Shown piece by piece: positions 44,400 to 51,530 of a DNA stretch of 64,000 nucleotides. The position numbers and the translations under genes were made by a program. The notes beneath the pieces were generated by a model. That model ran no database searches. It was not told the DNA's origin and saw only the letters and a list, made by a program, of their open reading frames with translations. Source of the DNA: an uncultured Planctomycetaceae bacterium (lineage in GTDB: Bacteria > Planctomycetota > Planctomycetia > Pirellulales > Thermoguttaceae); assembly GCA_964539525.1 (NCBI GenBank), contig CAZIJJ010000017.1, forward strand, positions 8,701 through 72,700. Reading direction: 5' to 3'. The number at the start of each line of letters is the position of its first letter. Position 1 is the first letter of the stretch.

Positions 44400-45812
44400 T
44401 CAATACCGGGCGGGCGGACGACCGACGCGCACTTCGGTCGGCGGAGCGTCGGCGGCCGGTTGGAAATCGCCGAGCCCGTCGTCGAACGCTTGCGACGCGG
44501 GAACTTGCGTCGTCGTCGCGGTCGGAAGTTTCGGCGCCTGAACGGTCGGGGGCGGAGCGGCGGAGTCGGCGAACGCGACGCGGGCCGGTTCCCGAACGAC
44601 CGGGCGGCTTCCGGCGGTCTCGTTGGGAGTCGGATAACCGAACGTCGCCGGCGCGGTCGAACGCGGGCCGCCTTTCGGGCCTTCGGCGTATTGTTTCGTC
44701 GCTTCCGCGGAGAGCCGAGAGGCGCGGCTCACCATTTCCGTCGCAAAATTCGCCGTTTGTGACCGATAATCGGGGCGGGCGTCGCGGAAATTCAGCGAGT
44801 CGGCGGCGTCCTGTCCGGCGCGGAGCGCTTCGTTTTGCGCGAATCGGGCTTCGACGTCGGGGTCGCCGTTCTCGATCCGCTCCAAATTTTGCCGTCGGCG
44901 TTCGCGGTGATAGGCGTTGCGTTCGTCGATCCGCGCGAGCAGCTCTTCGCGGCGGCGCTCGTTTTTCGCCTCCGTTTTTTCCAGGAGCGAAGCGGTCGAT
45001 CCGGCGCGTCGATTGTTTTCGGCGTCGAGTTCGTCGAAATCGACGATTTCGTATTCGCCGTCGGCCCGTTCGGGACGCAGTCGCGACGGTTCGATTTGTA
45101 TCGATTCGCGGAGACGCGTTTTGCCTTGGGCTTCTTCGTCGGCGCGTTTTCTCGCTTCTCGAACCGAGTACCGCTTCTGCAGTTCGGCGATCGGATTTTC
45201 GACGTCGTCGCCGAGCGCCCGGCGCGCCCATTCTTCGGCGGCGTTCGCGGGTTTTGCGTCTTCTTTGTCCGGTTCCGGCGACGTTCCCGGCGCGACGACG
45301 ACGATCGGTTTCGAAAGGGTGGCCTCGCCGGTTTTGTCGTCTTTGAAGATCGAGAGGAGCGTGAGCGTCTTTTCCGGTTGGTCGTATTCGCCCAAGTCGA
45401 GCCAAATATGATACGAGTAGCCGTTTTTCTTGTCGAATTGACGGTGTTTTTCGTTCAGCTCTTCCGACGTAAGCGTCATTTGCGCGTCCGGTTGCGTCAA
45501 CGTGATCCCGGGCGCGTCGCCTTCGTAAACGTTGACGGTCAGCGTCCCGTCGACGAGGATCGACCGCGAATAGCTGTTCTTCTTGAAAAAGCGAACGACG
45601 CCCGCCTTGCCGCGACGCAGCGGAAGCGACGGGTCGTTCGGTTTGAACGCGCCGTATTCGTCCGACCAGTAGTCTTCGAAAATTTCGACTTTTTCCGGTT
45701 TCGGATCGCCGAAAAAGACGTATTTGCGCGGCCCGACGCTCGAACAGCCGAGCGTCGTCGCAAGGGAAACGAAGAGCGCGCAAAGGGCGCGAAGGGCGTA
45801 GCGTCGAGGCAT
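44400..45812 (-). CDS. lipoprotein of unknown function with charged coiled-coil-like central region
   Basis: Start re-set to ATG 45812 (AGGAAAGG upstream). MPRRYALRALCALFVSLATTLG|CSS is a lipobox. 470 aa with no recognisable domain. Confidence 0.7.
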   Translation of the reverse strand: MPRRYALRALCALFVSLATTLGCSSVGPRKYVFFGDPKPEKVEIFEDYWSDEYGAFKPNDPSLPLRRGKAGVVRFFKKNSYSRSILVDGTLTVNVYEGDAPGITLTQPDAQMTLTSEELNEKHRQFDKKNGYSYHIWLDLGEYDQPEKTLTLLSIFKDDKTGEATLSKPIVVVAPGTSPEPDKEDAKPANAAEEWARRALGDDVENPIAELQKRYSVREARKRADEEAQGKTRLRESIQIEPSRLRPERADGEYEIVDFDELDAENNRRAGSTASLLEKTEAKNERRREELLARIDERNAYHRERRRQNLERIENGDPDVEARFAQNEALRAGQDAADSLNFRDARPDYRSQTANFATEMVSRASRLSAEATKQYAEGPKGGPRSTAPATFGYPTPNETAGSRPVVREPARVAFADSAAPPPTVQAPKLPTATTTQVPASQAFDDGLGDFQPAADAPPTEVRVGRPPARY

Positions 45813-46039
45813 TTCGGCCTTTCCTGGCGCGTTCGAACAAAGCCGAACGCGGGGCAAACGATGCGTTGGTCGGGAAACGGGAAAACGGGATAAAGGGAAA
45901 CGGCGGCGCGAACGGAAAACCGGTCGGCGACCGCGGCGAAGTCGGGTCGGGCGGGCGCTCGCGGCGAGCGGCGAGGGTGCGGACGAAACCGGGAACCGTC
46001 GTCGAACCGACGAGAGCGACCGCCTGACGCGGCGACGCG

Positions 46040-46076
46040 AAAAAAACTCGACGACGCGTTTGACGGCGCCGTCGAG
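46040..46076 (-). terminator. intrinsic terminator after the secretin gene
   Basis: On the minus strand, CTCGACG-N16-CGTCGAG is followed by T7 (the A-run at 46040..46046 on the plus strand). Confidence 0.65.
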
Positions 46077-46128
46077 CGGCGGGGGGAACGGACGGCCGAG
46101 CGCGGGCTCGAACCGTCCGGGTTTCAGG

Positions 46129-49100
46129 TCAGCTTCCGGATTTTTCCTTCGGCGAGCGGCTCCACGGGAGAACGAAACCGAGCGGATTTTTCAACGGCGG
46201 CAAGCCTCCGTCGTCGGCTTCTGCCGTTTTTTCGTCGGCCGCGGCCGAGCGTTTCGTTTCGGTCGTTTTTTCAGCCGAACGTTTCGCGTCGGTCGTTTTT
46301 CCGGTCGAGCGTTTCGCGTCGGTCGTTTTTCCGGTCGAGCGTTTCGTTTCGGTCGTTTTTCCGGCCGACGGTTTCCGCGCGGTCGTTTTTTCCGCGTCGG
46401 TTTCAGCCAGGGCGACGCGCGGCGCGGTCGAACGGCGTTCGGCGGAGGCGGCGCGGACGGCGTCGTCGCGTCGTCTCGAGTTCGAGGTGAAATCGTCGTC
46501 GTCCATCAGGAGGAACGTCGGCTCGTCGTTCGTCGCGTCGGCGGCCGGAGCGGTCGAGCGGCTCGATTTCGTTCTCGTCGACGAGGCGCGTTTGGACGGC
46601 GTCGTCGAAACCGGCGTTTGCGGACGCGGGCGATAATCGCGGCTCGGATCGTATTCCGGAAGGTTTTCGAGCTCCCGCATCTGATCCGGGTGAAGGACGT
46701 CGTTGACGAGGTTTCGGGTCTTTTTCGTTTGGCGTCCCCGATCGGTCGCGGCGTCGTAAAGACCCATGTCGCCGTGAAGTTCGAACGCTTCGGACAGGTT
46801 GACGCTCGTTTTGCCGGCTTCGACGCGCATGATCTCGTTGAAATCTTCCTGCGAGCGCAGGATGCGCGGCGTCATGACGATCAGGAGCTCCTTGCGTTGT
46901 TCGGATTCCTGGTCGTAACGGAAGAGCCAGCCGAGCACCGGAATATCCGACAGGTACGGAACGCCGCGCCCGATTTTTTCTTTCGTCGAGGTCAAAAGTC
47001 CGCCCATCATCACCGTTTCGCCGTCGCGGGCGCTGATCGCCGTCATCGCCTGGATCGTGTCGATCGACTGCGATTTGATGATTTCGCCGTCTTGCGAGAA
47101 GATCGGAACCGCGTCGGCGTCGTTCCCAAGGGACGATTTTTCGGCGCCGATCTCCATCACGACGCGTCCGTCTTTCGTAACGCGCGGCGTTACGAGGAGG
47201 ATCAGCCCGACCGGCGTGTCGGACGTGTTCATCTGGACGCCGTAGTCGGTCATCGACGTGCCGTTGATGCGCGGGACGCGCTGGCCGACGAGGATGAACG
47301 CCTGCTGGTTGTCCATCGCCGTAATTTGAGGACGGCTGAGGATTTGCAACCGGTTCTTTTCGCGAAGCGCGCGGAGCGTTACGTCGACCGAGCGGCTGCT
47401 GGCCGAGAGAACGAACCCGCCGTAACCGAGGGCCGAACTCGACGCGCCCATCCCGAAGTTGTTCAAAACCTGCCCGGCGACGTTCGTCGGCGGAACGTTC
47501 GAGTTCATGTTTTCGCCGGGGCCGGGGCCGTTGACGATGTTGAAACCCGGCGTCCCGGTCGCGCTGCCGGCGTTTCCGGAGTTCGTGATAAGGCTGCGGT
47601 CGAAGGACGACGCGTCCTGCAAACCGGCTTCGATCCCGAATTCTTCCTGGTCGGTCAACGTAACTTCGGCGATCAAAACCTGGATGACGACCTGCGGCGG
47701 GTCGGCGTCGAACGTCTTGATCATTTCAAGGATTTTCTTGATATGTTCCGGCGACGCGCTGACGATGATCGAGTTCGAGATCGATTCCGGAATGACGATG
47801 ACCTGCGATTCGTAAAGCTGGTACGTCGTCAAAACTTCCGAAAGCGTTTCGAGCTGTTGCTTTTGCGCGAGGTAATCGTCGATCGCCGTCGCGACGACGT
47901 CGGCGCGGATGTTGCGCAGTTGGACGACTTCTTCGACCCGTTCGGTCGCGTCCTGAACGTCGAGCGCGACGATGAGCGCGTCGACGATCGCCAGTTCGCG
48001 AGGCGCGGCCGCGGCGATGATGACGTTGGTGCGCGTGTCGATGGCGAAACGAACCGGAACGAACGTTTCTTCGCCTTCGGCTTGCGGAAGGGTCGGCGTC
48101 GCGAGGTTGCCGTCGCTCGTCGCAAGGAGCGATTGGAGCGTTTCCGTGATCGACGACGCGTCGCCGTGCCGCACCTGGAAGAAGCGAATTTCCGCTTTTT
48201 TCGGGGCGACGTCCAGGAGTTCGACGAGTTTCGCCATGAACTCCACGCAGTCTTCCGGCGCGTTGACGATCAGCTGGTTGTGGTAAACGTCCGCGGTAAC
48301 TTCGACGTCCATCATGACGCCGGACTGGATCAGCCGTTTGCCGCTTTCGTCGACGGAGAGAAGCTCGAGGATCGGGAACTTCGCCGCGTCCGTTTCGAGC
48401 GTGCCCTGTTTCGCCGGGAGGATCGCGTTTTGGATCGTCGCCAAAATGTCCTCCGCAAGGGAGTTTTTCAGCGGGAAGATCCGCGTTACCAGCTTCGCTT
48501 CCGTTTTATTGACGTCGAGTTCGACGAGCAGTTTTTCGATTTCGAGCCAATCGTTCGGCGACGCCTGGACGACGAGCGAGTTGGTGCGAACGTCGGTGAA
48601 AACGAGGATGCGCGGCGCGAAACCGCCGGTTCCGTCGACGAGCGGCGCCGGGAACGCGTCGGTAAGGAGCGCGGCGATCTCCGTCGCCGAAGCGTGTTTC
48701 AGGCGAACGACGCGCAGCGTTCCGGCTCCGTCGGCGATCGGTTTGTCGAAAACTTCGATCAAATTCTTCATGTCGTCGAAGGCTTGCCCCCAGCCGACGA
48801 CGAGGATTGCGTTCGGATTCTGCAACGCGTAAAACATGACGCGACCTTGTTTCGTCGCGAACATTTCCGCGTAAAGTTTCGTCAACACGCCGTGAAGCAT
48901 CGCGCCGTCGACGTGCCGCATCATGTAAACTTCGATCGTCGGATCGGCGATCTTCGCGAGCTCCTCGATCTGCTCGATCATTTGCTTGATGCGTTCGAAC
49001 TCCGCGTCGGTCGCGTTGTCGACGACGACGACGTCGAGTTCGTTGAGGACGAGCGGGACGAAGTCCTGAACGACGCCGACGCCCGCGCGGTCGCTTTCGT

Positions 49101-50979
49101 TCGACGAGGCGAAATCGCCGAGCCCGCCGAGCGGAGCGCCCGCCCCGCCGAGAGCGTCGCCGTCCTGATAAGCGACTTGAAGGATCGCGTTCGAAGCGTT
49201 CGAGGCGAGCGCCGTTTCGATCGACGGAAGCGCCGGAGCGACGGTCGCGAAATACGGCGCGAAGCGTTCGAACGGCGTCGCGTCGCTCGCCGTCGTCAAG
49301 CGGCGAACGAGTTCCGTCTTCGCGAGTTCGCGTCCGAAATCGCCGACGTCGAGGCGTCCGAGCGGCGCGACCGGGGCCGGCGTCGCTCCGCTTTCGAAAA
49401 TTTGGCGAATTTTGTTCGAGTCGCCGTTGCGGATCGGGATGAAGCGGCGCACGTTCCCGTTCGTCAGCGGCGGTTGATCCATCGCGCGCAGAAGAACGAG
49501 CATTTGCGAGCAGAGCGCGGCGTCGCCGCCGAGCGAGATCGAGTTGCGAACCGAGTCGAACGCGACGTCGCAAACGCGAACTTCGGGTTCGTTCGGCGTT
49601 TGACGCTTAACGAATCGGCGCGTTTCGACTTGACGTTCGCTGAACGGCGCGTTGGGATTCGCCGGGGTTTCGAGCGTTTGGAAGCGGTCGCCGAAGAGGC
49701 GCGTCAACGCTTCGCGGAGTTCGGTCGCTTTGCGGAACTGCGGCGAATAAACGTCTTCCGTCGCGCCGGAGACCGCCGGAGAGGCGAAGCGCGGCGCCGG
49801 GGTCGAGCCGCCGAACGTTTGACGGGCGACGCGCTCGCCGAACGGTTCGGTCGAATCGACGCCGTCGATCGGACGCAAAACGCCCGTCGCGACGCGGGGA
49901 TCCGGCTGACCGGGCGCGAGCGTCGTCGGGTAAATTTGCAGCGTCGCGAAGTATTTTTGGACGGCGCGTTGAAGCTTGCGGTTCGTGTGAACGACGATCG
50001 TGCCGAGCTGGCGGTCGACGCTGAACGCGATCTCGGAGATCGACGAAAATTCGCGGCGAGCGAGCGCTTCGATTTCGTCGACGCGCGTCGGAAGACAGCG
50101 GTACGAAACGATTTCGAGCGCCGAATCTTCGCGCGAAGCCGCCGTCGGAGCGGTCGAGCCCGGGAGCGGCGGCGCGAGCGCCGGTTTGCTTTCGTTCGCG
50201 ACTTCGGAGCCGAAGACGACCGCTTCGCTGGGCGGCGGAAGGATCGCCGAATCCGCGTCGTAAGCGACGCGAACGAAGTCGTTGCGTTCCGGATCGTAGT
50301 ACGTTTCGTCCGAGACGCGACGTCTTTGCGTTTCGGCGCCCGACGTTTGCGCGACGCGGTTCGGCGCGGATTCGCGTTCGACGAAACCGGCGGTCGCGAC
50401 GAGTTGGAACTGGTTGGCGACGCTCGCTTCGTAATCGTCCTGATTGAATTGCGTCAGCAGTTCGTCGACGACGTTCAGCGCGGCTTCGGGCCCGTAAACG
50501 GTGAGCGAGTTCGTTTTCTCGTCGTAACGCCAAAACGTTTGACTGCGCAACGAGTCGGGGAGAAGGCGGCTAAAATAACCGCCGAGGAGCGCGGCGTCGG
50601 CTTTGTCCGGCGCGGCGAAAGTTTTTTGAACGCAACGCTCGTTTTTCGTTGGGAAATTCAAACGGTCAAACGCTTCCCGCTCGGCGGCGGAACGACGCGG
50701 CGTCGGCGTCGGGGCCGGCGTTTTCGAAGCGGACGCGTAAGCGGAGCGCGTTCGAGTCGGCGCGTTTGCCGAACGCGTCGAAGCGGTTGATTCGGGCGAC
50801 GTGGTGCGGGTCTGCGCTTGAAGCTCGGCGTCCGAGAGCGCGAGGAAACCCCCGAGCGCGACCGCGAGCGCCGCCGCGCGCAAAAGACCGAGCGCTCGAC
50901 GAGACGGGCGGTCGTTCGCGTCGCGACGAGGCCGAAGATCTCGCCGGAAAAACTTTCGCGATAGTTGCTGTTTTAACAT
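46129..50979 (-). CDS. giant secretin (GspD/PilQ superfamily), 1616 aa
   Basis: C-terminal secretin core: ..RPQITAMDNQQAFILVGQRVP..GLILLVTPRVTKDGRVVMEI..VPYLSDIPVLGWLFRYDQESEQRKELLIVMTPRIL. At least 6 upstream N1-type repeats, e.g. VRLKHASATEIAALLTDAF, FFQVRHGDASSITETLQSLL, VQLRNIRADVVATAIDDYL and IFPLKNSLAEDILATIQNAI. N-terminal signal peptide. Confidence 0.9.
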   Translation of the reverse strand: MLKQQLSRKFFRRDLRPRRDANDRPSRRALGLLRAAALAVALGGFLALSDAELQAQTRTTSPESTASTRSANAPTRTRSAYASASKTPAPTPTPRRSAAEREAFDRLNFPTKNERCVQKTFAAPDKADAALLGGYFSRLLPDSLRSQTFWRYDEKTNSLTVYGPEAALNVVDELLTQFNQDDYEASVANQFQLVATAGFVERESAPNRVAQTSGAETQRRRVSDETYYDPERNDFVRVAYDADSAILPPPSEAVVFGSEVANESKPALAPPLPGSTAPTAASREDSALEIVSYRCLPTRVDEIEALARREFSSISEIAFSVDRQLGTIVVHTNRKLQRAVQKYFATLQIYPTTLAPGQPDPRVATGVLRPIDGVDSTEPFGERVARQTFGGSTPAPRFASPAVSGATEDVYSPQFRKATELREALTRLFGDRFQTLETPANPNAPFSERQVETRRFVKRQTPNEPEVRVCDVAFDSVRNSISLGGDAALCSQMLVLLRAMDQPPLTNGNVRRFIPIRNGDSNKIRQIFESGATPAPVAPLGRLDVGDFGRELAKTELVRRLTTASDATPFERFAPYFATVAPALPSIETALASNASNAILQVAYQDGDALGGAGAPLGGLGDFASSNESDRAGVGVVQDFVPLVLNELDVVVVDNATDAEFERIKQMIEQIEELAKIADPTIEVYMMRHVDGAMLHGVLTKLYAEMFATKQGRVMFYALQNPNAILVVGWGQAFDDMKNLIEVFDKPIADGAGTLRVVRLKHASATEIAALLTDAFPAPLVDGTGGFAPRILVFTDVRTNSLVVQASPNDWLEIEKLLVELDVNKTEAKLVTRIFPLKNSLAEDILATIQNAILPAKQGTLETDAAKFPILELLSVDESGKRLIQSGVMMDVEVTADVYHNQLIVNAPEDCVEFMAKLVELLDVAPKKAEIRFFQVRHGDASSITETLQSLLATSDGNLATPTLPQAEGEETFVPVRFAIDTRTNVIIAAAAPRELAIVDALIVALDVQDATERVEEVVQLRNIRADVVATAIDDYLAQKQQLETLSEVLTTYQLYESQVIVIPESISNSIIVSASPEHIKKILEMIKTFDADPPQVVIQVLIAEVTLTDQEEFGIEAGLQDASSFDRSLITNSGNAGSATGTPGFNIVNGPGPGENMNSNVPPTNVAGQVLNNFGMGASSSALGYGGFVLSASSRSVDVTLRALREKNRLQILSRPQITAMDNQQAFILVGQRVPRINGTSMTDYGVQMNTSDTPVGLILLVTPRVTKDGRVVMEIGAEKSSLGNDADAVPIFSQDGEIIKSQSIDTIQAMTAISARDGETVMMGGLLTSTKEKIGRGVPYLSDIPVLGWLFRYDQESEQRKELLIVMTPRILRSQEDFNEIMRVEAGKTSVNLSEAFELHGDMGLYDAATDRGRQTKKTRNLVNDVLHPDQMRELENLPEYDPSRDYRPRPQTPVSTTPSKRASSTRTKSSRSTAPAADATNDEPTFLLMDDDDFTSNSRRRDDAVRAASAERRSTAPRVALAETDAEKTTARKPSAGKTTETKRSTGKTTDAKRSTGKTTDAKRSAEKTTETKRSAAADEKTAEADDGGLPPLKNPLGFVLPWSRSPKEKSGS
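46251..46400 (-). repeat. 5 x 30-bp in-frame tandem repeat (10-aa units GKTTDAKRST) in the secretin 3' end
   Basis: Copies start at 46251, 46281, 46311, 46341 and 46371. Copies 2 and 3 are identical. Confidence 0.85.
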
Positions 50980-51470
50980 AACCGTAACTCTTGTTTCTGG
51001 CGGCGCGGGCGTTCGACCGTCAACGGCGGCGAGCGAGGGCGACGCTTTGCAAACAATCTATCGACGCGCGGCGAACCGACGGCAAAACGCGTTCCGACGG
51101 GGCGAAAGCGGTTTGGCGCGAGTCGACGGCCCGACGGGGGCAGGTGCTCTCGTCGCGAAAAACGGAGCGACGGTCGAGCGGACTCGCGGCGCGTCGTTCG
51201 GCGAACGACGGCGGTCGGCGGTTGGCGACGTCAAGTAGAACGTCCTAAAATTCTATGCGAGGCAATAGTAAAAGAAAAAAGGAAAGCGCTCAAGAGCATT
51301 TTTCCGCGTCGGTTGTAAATTTTGACGTTTTTTTCGATTTTTCGCTCTTTTCCTCGCGGACGGCGAAAGGGGGCGGAACGTCGGCGGCGCGGCGAGCGGC
51401 TCCGTAATGTTAAGACGGTTAAAATAGAGAAAATGGCGAATAAGCGGAACGCGGAAAAGGGACTCCGACG

Positions 51471-51502
51471 CGACGGGAATGTTCGGCGTCGTTTTCCCGT
51501 CG
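51471..51502 (-). terminator. hairpin downstream of uvrD (possible terminator)
   Basis: Perfect 9-bp inverted repeat CGACGGGAA-N14-TTCCCGTCG. Only a weak U-tract follows on the minus strand. Confidence 0.35.
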
Positions 51503-51530
51503 CGCCGGGTCGGCGTTCGTCGCGGAGCGG

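Noticed and set aside
18137-46400. Tandem repeats (18137..18298, 40729..40776, 42749..42847, 46251..46400) as possible CRISPR or satellite arrays
   Set aside because: There are no unique spacers between units. Every unit length is a multiple of 3 and in frame within a well-supported CDS, so these are protein-coding repeats. No cas genes are present.
46060-50790. 1576-aa plus-strand ORF spanning almost the whole secretin locus
   Set aside because: It is exactly codon-coincident with the minus-strand secretin gene (both start coordinates are 1 mod 3). In that antisense frame, stops arise only from sense TTA/CTA/TCA codons, which this GC-rich and CpG-rich genome almost never uses. Its translation is Arg/Gly/Val-rich low complexity with no motifs, while the minus-strand product has a clear secretin domain. 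It is a shadow ORF.
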